DNA of 64,000 nucleotides from Acidimicrobiia bacterium (GCA_050742015.1 JBOGEV010000281.1:6141-70140), one strand, 5' to 3'; positions 52,528 through 62,282 are shown, numbered from the stretch's first letter. The notes: a model not told the origin generated them from the letters alone. Program-made: numbers and translations.

Positions 52528-53679
52528 TCATCCGATCCGGAGCAACCCCCGTGGGGCGTGATGCAACGATTCGTACCCGTCCTCGGTCACAACGATAAGT
52601 TGGCCGGTTTGGACCCCCGCCTTCTCATCAAGGGTGATGACGTTGGGCTGGACCACGAGAGCCATCCCGGTCTCGAGGGAGAGGTCAGGGATCTCGCGGT
52701 GGGCTCGTGAGGCACTCCCGAGCACGGGCGGCAAATACCCGCCCCCATAACCGTGAACGAGGTCGTCGAAAATGGTGAAGCCCATCTCCTCGATGACCGA
52801 TGAGGCCTCGACCAACTCACGGGCGTGGGCACCGGGCCGGACCACCGAGACGATCGCGTCGAACGCAGCGTCGGCAGCCTGGTGGAGTCGGGCGATGAGC
52901 GGGCTGGGCTCGTCGGCGATGGCGAACGTGCGCAGCACCTGGCCGGCGTAGCCCCAGAAGTTGGCACTGATCTCACAGAACATGACGTCTCCCGGCTCGA
53001 TCATCCTGGTCGACTGGAATTGAGCCGGCACGCAGATCTCGGGAGCCGCCATCGGGGTCGTTGCGAAGTAGTGGATGTGGTTGGTGCCGCCCTCGGCCAG
53101 GTAGGCGTTCTCGACGATGGCGGCCAGGCCACGCTCGTCCATGCCCGGCTGCACCTGGTCGGCGAGGGCGAGCACCGCCCGGTCCGACATGTCGGCAGCC
53201 ACCCGCAGCCTGTCGATCTCCTCGTCCGACTTGACCAGCCGCAACCCGGTGTAGGCGTCGTCGAGGGACACCAATTCCCCGATCGATTCGGCCAGGCGGC
53301 GATAGGCCCGTTGCCCGATCGGGCCAATGATCCCGACACGCTGCCCTTCGCCGAGACGCTCCCGGATCAGTTCGGCCAGGGTCGTCATGGTGGAAGGACC
53401 GCCCCAGCGGACATCGGCCTCGGAGGCGATGAGCCGGGCATTGGGCAGGTGGTTGTAATGCTGGACCAGGAGGACGTCGCGCTCGTCGGGGGTGTGGAGC
53501 AGTGCGGCCTCGGTGGTGACCGGCCACTGGGTGAGCCAGGGCACTCCCGATCCTGATCGCTCGGACCCGTAGACCACGAGATGGTCGACACCGCCCGCGC
53601 CCATGATCTCGAGGATGACCTGGCGGCGTCGACCCATCTCCGCCTCACTGAATCTGGGGTAACCGTCGTTTGTGCTCAT
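52528..53679 (-). CDS. M24-fold creatinase-like protein lacking the acidic metal ligands (paralogue 2)
   Basis: ORF of 383 aa. It reads GDVMFCEISANFWGYAGQVLRT, VHGYGGG, VVQPNV and VQTGQ. It is convergent with paralogue 1. Confidence 0.8.
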   Translation of the reverse strand: MSTNDGYPRFSEAEMGRRRQVILEIMGAGGVDHLVVYGSERSGSGVPWLTQWPVTTEAALLHTPDERDVLLVQHYNHLPNARLIASEADVRWGGPSTMTTLAELIRERLGEGQRVGIIGPIGQRAYRRLAESIGELVSLDDAYTGLRLVKSDEEIDRLRVAADMSDRAVLALADQVQPGMDERGLAAIVENAYLAEGGTNHIHYFATTPMAAPEICVPAQFQSTRMIEPGDVMFCEISANFWGYAGQVLRTFAIADEPSPLIARLHQAADAAFDAIVSVVRPGAHARELVEASSVIEEMGFTIFDDLVHGYGGGYLPPVLGSASRAHREIPDLSLETGMALVVQPNVITLDEKAGVQTGQLIVVTEDGYESLHHAPRGLLRIG

Positions 53680-53692
53680 CCGGGCCGAGCCT

Positions 53693-53704
53693 ACAAACGT
53701 TTGC
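53693..53704. promoter_or_regulatory. LacI-type operator candidate ACAAACGTTTGC
   Basis: The core CAAACGTTTG is a perfect 10-bp palindrome. It lies in the 76-bp divergent gap between 53679 (-) and 53756 (+). Confidence 0.6.
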
Positions 53705-53755
53705 GCCCCTCAGGGCGGGGACGGTTAGCCTGACTCCCCCGACCGGAGGCTGTCC

Positions 53756-54604
53756 TTGGCCCGTTTTGCCGTCAAGACCCCGACCCAGCACACCACATGG
53801 GACAACATGTTGGAGATCTGGACCGCCGCCGACCGGCACGAGGTGTTCGAGTCGGCCTGGAACTTCGATCACTTCTATCCGCTGCGCGGCGACATCACGG
53901 GGCCCTGTCTCGAGGCGTGGGTCACTCTCTCGGCGCTGGCACAGGCAACCAGCCGCATCCGGGTGGGCTCGATGGTGAATGGGATGCACTTTCGTCATCC
54001 GGCCGTGCTGGCATCGATGGCGTCCTCGCTGGACATCGTCTCCGGGGGGAGACTCGAGCTGGGCCTGGGCGCCGGCTGGTACGAGACGGAGACCGAGGCC
54101 TACGGGATGGAACTGGGGACTGTCGGAGAGCGCATGACCCGGTTCGAGGAGGGCACCGAGGTCATCGACCTCCTTCTCACCCAGGAGACGACCGACTTCG
54201 AAGGCAAGTTCTTCACACTGCGCGAGGCGCGCAACGAGCCCAAGCCGCTCCAGGCGCCACGGCCGCCGATTGTCATCGGGGGCCGCGGCCCGAAGCGAAC
54301 CCTGCGGCTCGTCGCCCGTTACGCGTCGATGTGGGATGCGATGTTCGCCGAGGACGAGCCCGAAGAGTGGCTGAGGTTGCGGGACGTGATGATCGGACAC
54401 TGCCACGACGTCGGTCGAGACCCGGCCGAGGTGTCCTGCTCAACTCACCTCAGAGTGGACCCCAACCCGGACCCCGGTCAGGTGGCTGAGCGAAGCGCTC
54501 GCATGTTCGAGCACGGCATCGACGTGGTGATCCTCGGCCTCAACGCGGCCCACGACGGAGCCACGGTGGATGCCCTTGCGGCGGCTCTGGCCGAGGTTGA
54601 CTGA
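53756..54604 (+). CDS. LLM-class (luciferase-like) F420-dependent oxidoreductase
   Basis: ORF of 282 aa. The start is TTG, 6 nt after GGAGG. MARFAVKTPTQHTTWDNMLEIWTAADRHEVFESAWNFDHFYPL is an N-terminus typical of the F420 LLM subfamily (recalled). Confidence 0.8.
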   Translation: MARFAVKTPTQHTTWDNMLEIWTAADRHEVFESAWNFDHFYPLRGDITGPCLEAWVTLSALAQATSRIRVGSMVNGMHFRHPAVLASMASSLDIVSGGRLELGLGAGWYETETEAYGMELGTVGERMTRFEEGTEVIDLLLTQETTDFEGKFFTLREARNEPKPLQAPRPPIVIGGRGPKRTLRLVARYASMWDAMFAEDEPEEWLRLRDVMIGHCHDVGRDPAEVSCSTHLRVDPNPDPGQVAERSARMFEHGIDVVILGLNAAHDGATVDALAAALAEVD

Positions 54605-54692
54605 AACCACCCTGCCTCCTCGATCACGATGCAGACCGGGTGGGAGTCGACACACCTAGCCTCCACTGGGTCGCTGATCCAGGAGGATTTTG

Positions 54693-55226
54693 ATGGAGTT
54701 CGATCCGATTGAAATGCTCGTCGGGGATTTCTCGTGGGCGTTCACGCTGGAGATCGTGTTGCGCACCACGATCATGTACCTGTACACGCTGATGGTGGTC
54801 CGGTTCCTGGGGAAACGAGGCCTCGGTCACCTTTCGCCCTTCGAATTGGTCATCATCGTCGCCCTCGGGTCCGCGGTCGGCGACCCCATGTTCTACGCCG
54901 ACGTCCCGCTGTTCCACGGGATCGTGGTCATCACCGCCGTAGTCGCCCTGCAGCGGTTGCTCCAGGAGATCACTGAACGATCCTCACGGGTGGAGACGCT
55001 GCTCGAGAGCAAGGCGACACGTCTGGTGACGGCTGGTGTCCTCGACGAGAGGGCGCTGGATCAGGAGGAGTTGACCGAGAAGGAGTTGTTCTCCGCACTG
55101 CGGGAGAAAGAGGTGGAAAACCTGGGGCAGGTCAGGTTGGCCTATATCGAGCCTTCCGGAGTGATCACCGTGTTCAAGATGGAGCGGGACCTGTCGAACC
55201 CGGGCCGCTCGGTGCTCCCTGATTGA
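54693..55226 (+). CDS. DUF421 (YetF-like) membrane protein
   Basis: ORF 54690..55226. ATG 54693 lies 6 nt after AGGAGG. It reads LRTTIMYLYTLMVVRFLGKRGLGHLSPFELVIIVALGSAVGD. Confidence 0.75.
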   Translation: MEFDPIEMLVGDFSWAFTLEIVLRTTIMYLYTLMVVRFLGKRGLGHLSPFELVIIVALGSAVGDPMFYADVPLFHGIVVITAVVALQRLLQEITERSSRVETLLESKATRLVTAGVLDERALDQEELTEKELFSALREKEVENLGQVRLAYIEPSGVITVFKMERDLSNPGRSVLPD

Positions 55227-55317
55227 TCCGCCCTCACCGCCCGAGAATCGAATCGGAGCATCCGGTGCCCCTTCTGTTGCGCCCCTGGTACCGTCGATAT
55301 ATCGTGCGGTATCGGCT

Positions 55318-55333
55318 CAGCAATCGATTGCTG
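55318..55333. promoter_or_regulatory. Perfect 16-bp palindrome CAGCAATCGATTGCTG, the best LacI-type operator candidate
   Basis: Lies about 92 nt upstream of the Dpp/Opp-type ATPase genes (ATG 55426), in a 199-bp gap. Confidence 0.65.
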
Positions 55334-55425
55334 GACCGTCGAGGAGAACGGGGCGAATCGACCCGGCACTCGAGCAGGGGAGGAGTTGGCACCTTCGCGG
55401 CTCGGCGGTCGGCGACGGAAAGCAG

Positions 55426-56631
55426 ATGACAACTACGGCAGACACCACCCGGAAACGAGCGACTACTCCCCTCGTCGCATCGGTACGGGACCTCCAGGTC
55501 TATTTCGAGACCAAGGCCGGGGTGGTCCATGCCGTCGACGGCGTCACTTTCGAGATCCGCGACGGTGAGACGCTCGGTTTGGTGGGCGAAACGGGCTGTG
55601 GCAAGAGCGTCACCGCCCGCTCGTTCATCAGGCTCGTGCCGAGTCCACCAGGCATCTATGCAGGCGGGAAGATCGACTTCTGGTCGACCGAGGCGCGCCA
55701 CATCCAGGAAGGTCCGATCGACCTCCTCAAGGTCTCGAAGGAAGAGATGCTGGCCATCCGCGGTGATCGCATCGCCATGATCTTCCAGGACCCGGGCAAG
55801 GCGCTCAACCCGGCGCTGTCCATTCGAAGCCAGATCGCCGAGGTCTTCTACCAGCACAGGTCCCAGGAGATCCTCGAGGTTCTGGGACCGAACGTGCCAC
55901 GGATCCTCCGACGTGCGGCGAGACAGGAGAACAGCGCCGTCGAACGACTCCTGTTGAAGATCCCCCCGCTGCGCGCGAAGGCAGACAAGCTGAGGGAGAG
56001 GGTTGACGACCTCGTCGCCGATGCGCTGACCGAGACCCAGATCGCCAATCCCCGCAAGATAATGGCCAGCTACCCGCACGAGCTGTCCGGTGGAATGAAG
56101 CAGCGGGTTCTCATCGCTCAGGCACTGGCGTGCAACCCGGACCTATTGATCGCTGACGAGCCAACGACGGCACTCGACGTCACCATCCAGGCCAGGATCC
56201 TCGAGCTGATAGCCGAGCTGCAGGCCCGCCTCGAGACATCCGTCCTCTACATAAGCCATGACCTCTCCCTGGTCAAGGAGATATGCGATCGAGTGGCGGT
56301 GATGTATGCGGGGAGGATCGTGGAAACCGGGACGACGAAGCAGATCTTCAGCAACCCACTCCACCCATACACCCGCGGGCTGATGGCCGCTGTCCCGTCG
56401 GCAAATCACCGACGCGGCCAGCTGGCCGCGATCGACGGCACGGTCCCCGAGCTGGTCGACCCTCCGCCGTCGTGCCATTTCCACACCCGCTGCCCGTACG
56501 CGGTCGAAATCTGCCGGACGGTCGATCCACGCATGGTGAGCGACGAAGATGGGCACGCCGTGGCCTGCTTCGCCTACGAGTCCGATGACATGGGCGCCGT
56601 GCTCCCCACTCTCGAGGAACCGGCCCGGTGA
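55426..56631 (+). CDS. ABC transporter ATP-binding protein, DppD/OppD type, with a roughly 50-70 aa insertion
   Basis: ORF of 401 aa. It has [35 protein letters not shown], the oligopeptide C-terminal motif HPYTRGL and CHFHTRCP. An extra segment (...[45 protein letters not shown]...) sits between the Q-loop region and the signature motif. Confidence 0.85.
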   Translation: MTTTADTTRKRATTPLVASVRDLQVYFETKAGVVHAVDGVTFEIRDGETLGLVGETGCGKSVTARSFIRLVPSPPGIYAGGKIDFWSTEARHIQEGPIDLLKVSKEEMLAIRGDRIAMIFQDPGKALNPALSIRSQIAEVFYQHRSQEILEVLGPNVPRILRRAARQENSAVERLLLKIPPLRAKADKLRERVDDLVADALTETQIANPRKIMASYPHELSGGMKQRVLIAQALACNPDLLIADEPTTALDVTIQARILELIAELQARLETSVLYISHDLSLVKEICDRVAVMYAGRIVETGTTKQIFSNPLHPYTRGLMAAVPSANHRRGQLAAIDGTVPELVDPPPSCHFHTRCPYAVEICRTVDPRMVSDEDGHAVACFAYESDDMGAVLPTLEEPAR

Positions 56632-57986
56632 CGACCTTGAGCACCGAGCACGGAGCCCTGGACACCGCGACGTCGAAACGCGCCGTGATCTCGCTGCGCG
56701 GAGTCGAGAAGCATTTCCCGATCAAGGAAGGCACCCTGCAGCGGGTCTCCGGCCATGTCAGGGCGGTGGACGGCGTGTCGTTCGAGATCCGTCCCGGGGA
56801 GACCGTCGGCCTTGTCGGCGAGTCCGGATGCGGCAAGACGACACTCGGGCGGTGCATCAGCGGACTGGCGCCGCCGACCGGGGGCAAGATCTATTTCAGA
56901 CTGTCGGACGACGACGCCGGCAGGCTCGATGCGATCGAGGCCACGCCTGAAAGCGATCGAACCAAGGAGCAGCTGAAGGAAGTCGACAGGATCGACACCC
57001 ATCATCGCATCGATCAGCTCTCAGGTAAGGCGTGGCGTTCCTTTCGTCGGAACTGCCAGATCGTGTTCCAGGACTCGTTCAGCTCGCTCAACCCGAGACA
57101 GCTGGTCAAGGACGCCGTGGGTCGCCCGCTCCGGGTGTGGAAAGAGGCGTCGGGCACGGACCTGACCGAACGGGTCGTGTCATTGTTGGAGAGCGTCGGC
57201 CTCGGCCGCCAACACCTGTACCGGTACCCACACCAGTTCTCCGGCGGGCAGAGACAGCGAATTTCGATCGCGCGGGCCTTGGCCCTCGACCCCGAGTTCA
57301 TCGTGCTCGACGAGCCGACGAGTGCCCTCGACGTCTCCGTCCAGGCGCAGATCCTCAACCTGCTCCACGATCTCCAGAGGGAGCGAGGTCTCACCTACCT
57401 CTTCATCAGCCATGACCTCGGGGTGGTGAGGTTGATGAGCGATCGCATCGCCGTCATGTACCTGGGCAAGGTCGCCGAGCAGGGCACGGCCATGGAGCTG
57501 TTCGAGGATCCGCGTCACCCCTACACCGAGGCGCTGTTGGCCGCCAATCCCGACATCAAATCCGAGACCTCCGAGATGAGAGGGTTGCGCGGAACCCTGC
57601 CCGACCCGGCCAACCCACCCGAGGGGTGCCGGTTCCATACCCGCTGTCCGGTGGCCACTCCGGTCTGCGGATGGGAGATCGACGACGCGGTGGCATGGCT
57701 GCAGACCAAGGACTTGCTGCTGGGCGGTCTCGCCGACGTGCAACGCAGGTCCAGCTTCGACGCCACTCTCGTGTTCCACGACGAGGCGGCGGCGGCCGCC
57801 GCCGGCGACGCGATCCAGAACGGCGACGTCCCCCCTTCGATGAGGGCTGCCCTCGAGATGTTCTCGACAGAGGGCGGGAAGATGAGCATGAAGTTCTCGC
57901 CGGTCGAGCCGGTGGCGCTGGAGGACATCGGCGATGGACACCTCACCGCCTGCCTGCTCCACAACTCCCAGCGGGACCGTCTCTGA
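56628..57986 (+). CDS. ABC transporter ATP-binding protein, DppF/OppF type, with internal and C-terminal insertions
   Basis: ORF of 452 aa. It has [41 protein letters not shown] and CRFHTRCP. About 90 extra residues precede the final HLTACLL. Confidence 0.85.
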   Translation: MTTLSTEHGALDTATSKRAVISLRGVEKHFPIKEGTLQRVSGHVRAVDGVSFEIRPGETVGLVGESGCGKTTLGRCISGLAPPTGGKIYFRLSDDDAGRLDAIEATPESDRTKEQLKEVDRIDTHHRIDQLSGKAWRSFRRNCQIVFQDSFSSLNPRQLVKDAVGRPLRVWKEASGTDLTERVVSLLESVGLGRQHLYRYPHQFSGGQRQRISIARALALDPEFIVLDEPTSALDVSVQAQILNLLHDLQRERGLTYLFISHDLGVVRLMSDRIAVMYLGKVAEQGTAMELFEDPRHPYTEALLAANPDIKSETSEMRGLRGTLPDPANPPEGCRFHTRCPVATPVCGWEIDDAVAWLQTKDLLLGGLADVQRRSSFDATLVFHDEAAAAAAGDAIQNGDVPPSMRAALEMFSTEGGKMSMKFSPVEPVALEDIGDGHLTACLLHNSQRDRL

Positions 57987-58008
57987 TCGTTGCGGTGCCG
58001 GCCGCCGG

Positions 58009-58749
58009 TCAGCTCAGCGCCGAGAGGACCAGCCGCACCGCGGCGAAACCGAGCAGACCGAGGACCACGTACTCGAAGGCCTTCTGGTCGAGACGTCTCC
58101 CCAGCCTGATTCCGAGGAAAGTCACTATGGCCACGGGCACGATGGCCCACAGTGCCTGTGTCGTCCGTTCCGGCGTGAACGACCCGAGAAAGACCAGAGT
58201 CGCCAGTTGGATCAGCCCGAAGATCTGGAACGTGATGGTCATCATGAAGACCAAAGAGGATCGGTTCATCCGGAGACTGTGTAGATAGGTGGCGATGAGC
58301 GGACCCGCGGTTCCGGTTGCCCCCAACAGCCCGCCCCCGACCAGACCCATCGGAGCGGCGATGCGACGGGCGGTATCGTGCCGAAGCCCGAATTGCGGGT
58401 TGGCCAGGTAGCGCCAGATGTACCCGACGATCACGACGGCGATGACCACCGAGAGGATCCGGTCATCCAGCTCGGTGAGGAGCCAGGTACCTGCGATGGT
58501 GGCGACAGTCCCCACGGTCAGGAACGGGATCAACACGAAACCGGTGCCTCGGGCCCCCGACTGGTGCTCCCAGAGCAGCCACCCGTTCGACGCCATGTTC
58601 GCCAGCGAGAGAACGACGACCGCGTGCTCGACACTGGTGACGCTGGCGATGACAGGTACGGCGAGCAGCGGGCCGCCCATCCCGGCCACACCCTTGACCA
58701 GATAGGCGACCGCGATCGCCAGGAGGATGATCCCGAATTCGCCCGTCAT
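58009..58749 (-). CDS. TauE/SafE family sulfite/anion exporter
   Basis: ORF of 246 aa with 7-8 TM segments and GVAGMGGPLLAVPV- and GTAGPLI-type motifs. Confidence 0.8.
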   Translation of the reverse strand: MTGEFGIILLAIAVAYLVKGVAGMGGPLLAVPVIASVTSVEHAVVVLSLANMASNGWLLWEHQSGARGTGFVLIPFLTVGTVATIAGTWLLTELDDRILSVVIAVVIVGYIWRYLANPQFGLRHDTARRIAAPMGLVGGGLLGATGTAGPLIATYLHSLRMNRSSLVFMMTITFQIFGLIQLATLVFLGSFTPERTTQALWAIVPVAIVTFLGIRLGRRLDQKAFEYVVLGLLGFAAVRLVLSALS

Positions 58750-58795
58750 CGGGGCGACGCGACAGGTGAAAGGTGCGGAGTCGTGGCCGCCAGAC

Positions 58796-59272
58796 CTACT
58801 CCGAGCCCGTCGTCAGGTCCGGCGGGTTGAGCCCGAGGGCGCGGAGCATGCCCAACTCGTCCCCGAAGTACCAGGCCTCGGCGATCAGCCCGTCCTCGAT
58901 ACGCCACAGTCCGACCTCGACCACGTCGACGTGACGACCGGTCGCCGGTATGCCGTACAGCGACCCGGTATGGGTGCCGACGACCCGGAAGATCCCCCAG
59001 ACCTTGTCATTCTTCGCCGTCAACTCGAGGAGGATGTTCTGACGGTCGTTCATCGAATTGTCGTCCATCCCACCGGGCCCGTCGTGCTCCCAGAGGTCCC
59101 CGATGTGGGTGAACCCGGCGCGATGACGTTTGAAGTTCGGCGCCATGAAGGGTCGTCGCTCCGAGACCTTCGCCACCCGATATGCCGCCACCACGGCCAG
59201 GGCCTCGGCCTCTTGATCGGTGCAGGTGCATTCCTTGGAGCCGAACAGGGAGATGTGGGGGTGCTCGACCAT
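58796..59272 (-). CDS. SnoaL-like / predicted ester cyclase
   Basis: ORF of 158 aa. GTHTGSLYGIPATGRHVDVVEVGLWRIEDGLIAEAWYFGDELGMLRALG is typical of the ester-cyclase (NTF2-like) family. Confidence 0.7.
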   Translation of the reverse strand: MVEHPHISLFGSKECTCTDQEAEALAVVAAYRVAKVSERRPFMAPNFKRHRAGFTHIGDLWEHDGPGGMDDNSMNDRQNILLELTAKNDKVWGIFRVVGTHTGSLYGIPATGRHVDVVEVGLWRIEDGLIAEAWYFGDELGMLRALGLNPPDLTTGSE

Positions 59273-59276
59273 GGAT

Positions 59277-60329
59277 TCAGAGCTCGACGATAGGTCGGAC
59301 GGCGATACGTGATTCGAGAGCGGCCAGGGCCTCTCCGACGGAGTCGAGCGGATACACGTGGGTGACGAGAGGGCTCAAGTCGACCTTGCCCGAGCGCATG
59401 AGAGCGATCATGGCCGGATAGGCATTGGGACTGGACCTGATTCCCATCACGTCGACTTCGTCGAGGGTGAGCAGGTCGATGTCGATCGGGGAGAGCTTGC
59501 CCCCGGTCAGGCCGAGCAGCGCCACCCTGCCGCCCCGGCGGACCGCACCGATGGCCTGGGCCGGGACGTCGGGATTACCCGTACAGTCGAGCACATAGTC
59601 GACTCCCCGCCCCCTGGTGCGGGACCGAACCCCTTCAACCGGGTCCTCCACCTCATAGTCGACGACTTCGTCACAACCCATCTTCCCCGCCAGGTCGAGT
59701 CTGCTTCCCCGCCCGACCATGATTATCTGCGCCGCGCCGGATGCCGAGGCCACCGCCGCAGCGAGCAGGCCGAGCAGACCCGGGCCGAAGACGGCGACAC
59801 TGGAGCCCGACTGGAACTCGACCCGGCGCAGAGCGTGCACCGTGAGCGATCCCTGATTGACCAGGGCGCCCTCGAGGGGGCTGACCGAGTCGGGCAACTT
59901 GTGGAGCATCTGCGCGGGCCGGACCGCGAACTCGGCCAGGGCCCCAGGTGCGGTGTGCCCGTAGAGCTTGTATCCCGGAGTGCCCGCCTTCTCACACAGG
60001 TTGTAACGGCCGCGACGGCACATCGGGCACCGGCCACACCCGATGTGGTTCTCGGCCACCACCTTGTCGCCGGGCGCCAGTCCCAAGTCGTCGAGACCCT
60101 CGCCGAGGGCGACCACCTCGCCGGACCATTCGTGGCCCATCACGAAGGGCAACGACGGGGGCCAGCCCCGTTTCTCGAAGGCGCCATGGACCATCTTCAG
60201 ATCGGTGCCGCACAAACCGCACGCCCTCACCCGGACCAGCACCTCCCCGGCTGCGGGCTCGGGGACTTCGACCTCCTCGACCGCGAGGTCGTTCCAGCCT
60301 CGCAACACCGCGGCTCGCATCGTGGTCAT
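59277..60329 (-). CDS. Zinc-dependent medium-chain alcohol/polyol dehydrogenase (MDR)
   Basis: ORF of 350 aa. It has CGLCGTDL, GHEWSGEV, GCGRCPMCRRGRYNLCE (structural Zn) and VAVFGPGLLGL. Confidence 0.9.
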   Translation of the reverse strand: MTTMRAAVLRGWNDLAVEEVEVPEPAAGEVLVRVRACGLCGTDLKMVHGAFEKRGWPPSLPFVMGHEWSGEVVALGEGLDDLGLAPGDKVVAENHIGCGRCPMCRRGRYNLCEKAGTPGYKLYGHTAPGALAEFAVRPAQMLHKLPDSVSPLEGALVNQGSLTVHALRRVEFQSGSSVAVFGPGLLGLLAAAVASASGAAQIIMVGRGSRLDLAGKMGCDEVVDYEVEDPVEGVRSRTRGRGVDYVLDCTGNPDVPAQAIGAVRRGGRVALLGLTGGKLSPIDIDLLTLDEVDVMGIRSSPNAYPAMIALMRSGKVDLSPLVTHVYPLDSVGEALAALESRIAVRPIVEL

Positions 60330-61114
60330 CGCTGCGTCCGGTCGCCCGGCTCGGGGGCACGCTCGCCAAGGCTCTTCGAGACATCCTCGACGGCGGCGGC
60401 GATGTGGTCGGCTACCGCGTCGATGATCTCGCGAGCGCGTTCTTCGGTGACCGAATCGGGATTGCCGTACCAGCCGGTGGCGGCCACCTCCCTGAAATCC
60501 CGCATCACCGGGAAGACGTCGCGACGCCGGAACAGGGCATGTCCGTCCATGCCCCGGTCGACCGAGTCACCTTCGACCAGCTCGTCCAGCCTGACCAGAG
60601 AAGGGTCATAGGCGAGGATGGCGGCTGTTTCCATCGACCCGGCATGGGTGAACTCCATCTCATCGGGGAAGAGGCCGCTGGTGATGATGTGGGATTCGGC
60701 CACGATCACACGCAGGGGGAGCTTCGCCTGCACCTGGTCTGCGCCGAGTCGAATCGCGGTCGAATTGCCCTCGTGCCAGTTCACCACGATGACTCTCTCC
60801 ACTCCGGCACTCGAGAGGCTCTCACATACGTCGAGCATCAAGGAGGCCAGAGTGGCGGGGCGAATGGTCAGCGACCCGGGCCAGGGCAGGTGATACGGGG
60901 CCACGCCCACCGGTGACAGCGGGAGAACCGGTGCGTCCAACCGCTCGGCGACCCTGAGGGCGATGGTGAGGGCGGCGAAAGCGTCTGTGCCCAGCGGCAG
61001 ATGGCCGCCGTGTTGCTCGATGCTCCCGGTCACCAGCACGACCGTGCCCCGGCCCAGAGCCGCTTCGGCCTGAGGCTGGGTCATGTTGGCGAGAAGCAAG
61101 TGATCGGCACTCAT
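60326..61114 (-). CDS. Creatininase-family amidohydrolase (paralogue 2)
   Basis: ORF of 262 aa. It has TGSIEQHGGHLPLGTD and VVNWHEGN. It overlaps the ADH start by 4 nt. Confidence 0.85.
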   Translation of the reverse strand: MSADHLLLANMTQPQAEAALGRGTVVLVTGSIEQHGGHLPLGTDAFAALTIALRVAERLDAPVLPLSPVGVAPYHLPWPGSLTIRPATLASLMLDVCESLSSAGVERVIVVNWHEGNSTAIRLGADQVQAKLPLRVIVAESHIITSGLFPDEMEFTHAGSMETAAILAYDPSLVRLDELVEGDSVDRGMDGHALFRRRDVFPVMRDFREVAATGWYGNPDSVTEERAREIIDAVADHIAAAVEDVSKSLGERAPEPGDRTQR

Positions 61115-61181
61115 TCACCGGTCTCCAGTCCTGAGCGGCATGTTCGCGGCGAACATTCGAATCCCGCGGAAAAGCTGGCGC

Positions 61182-61193
61182 GCAAACGGTTGT
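61182..61193. promoter_or_regulatory. LacI-type operator candidate GCAAACGGTTGT
   Basis: Lies about 67 nt upstream of the creatininase-2 start (61114, minus strand), in the 118-bp gap after lacI-2. Confidence 0.5.
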
Positions 61194-61232
61194 CCAATGA
61201 TATTCGGAGCGTAACTCTCCCCGCCCCGGCTG

Positions 61233-62282
61233 TCAGATCCGGGCCGGGGCCGTCGAACCTCTGATCACGAGTTGCGGCACCGCGAGCTGAGTCTCGGGAG
61301 GTCTCGCCGGGTCGGCGATGGTGGCGAGCAGGAGCCGCGCCGCCATGGCTCCCAACTCGTATTGAGAGATGTGGATCGTGGTCAGAGGCGGAGAGAACCG
61401 TTCGCTGTACGGCATGTCATTGAACCCGACCACGGAGACGTCCTCCGGGCACGACCGATCGCTGGCACGGATGGCGTCTATCGCACCCAGGGCGAGACGA
61501 TCGTTGGCGGCCAGAACCGCGGTGGTGTCGGGTCGCTCATCCAACAACTCACGGGTCACCCGATACCCCTCTTCCTCGGTGTGACGCCGGGCCAGACGGT
61601 GGGTCCCGGTCAGACCGGCCAGCTCCAGGGTCTCTTCGAAAGCCACGAGCCGGTTCACGGTCGACGAGACGGCTTCGGGGCCACCGACGTGCACCACCCT
61701 CCGATGCCCCAACGAGAGCAGGTGCTCCACCGCCAATCTGGTTCCGGTGAGATCGTCGGGAAGGACCGCGCTCACCCCGGTGATTTCGGTGGCGCGGTTG
61801 AACAGGACGACGGGAATCCCCTCGTCGACGATCCCGACGAGCACGGCATCGTCCTCCCGGGCCACTCCGTACAGAAGTCCCTCGACTTGCACCCCGAGCA
61901 TGGCCGAGACTTGAGACCTCGCTTGGTCAGGGTCATCGTCTGTGCTGGAGAGGAGCAACGAGTAACCGTCGGAATAGAGGACGTCACCGGCCCCCCGGGT
62001 GATCCCTGCCTGGTAGAGATTGCCGACGTCGGGCACGATCATCCCGACCACCAGCGTCCGCCCGGTGCGTAGGGCGCGTGCGATCGTGTTGCGGCGGTAC
62101 CCGAGCCTTCGGGCGACTTCGCGAATCCGATCCTCGGTGTCCTGGGTGATCCGGCCTGCCGCCGCCTGCCCGTTGAGGACCCGCGACACCGTGGATACGT
62201 GCACGCCGGCCTCCCGGGCCACGTCGCGGAGGGTGACCGACTTGCCGGCTCCACTCCCGGTGTCGCCCTTCGGGGCGATCAC
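61233..62282 (-). CDS. LacI family transcriptional regulator (LacI-2)
   Basis: ORF of 349 aa. HTH: TLRDVAREAGVHVSTVSRVLNG. The rest is a PBP-like effector domain. Confidence 0.9.
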   Translation of the reverse strand: MIAPKGDTGSGAGKSVTLRDVAREAGVHVSTVSRVLNGQAAAGRITQDTEDRIREVARRLGYRRNTIARALRTGRTLVVGMIVPDVGNLYQAGITRGAGDVLYSDGYSLLLSSTDDDPDQARSQVSAMLGVQVEGLLYGVAREDDAVLVGIVDEGIPVVLFNRATEITGVSAVLPDDLTGTRLAVEHLLSLGHRRVVHVGGPEAVSSTVNRLVAFEETLELAGLTGTHRLARRHTEEEGYRVTRELLDERPDTTAVLAANDRLALGAIDAIRASDRSCPEDVSVVGFNDMPYSERFSPPLTTIHISQYELGAMAARLLLATIADPARPPETQLAVPQLVIRGSTAPARI

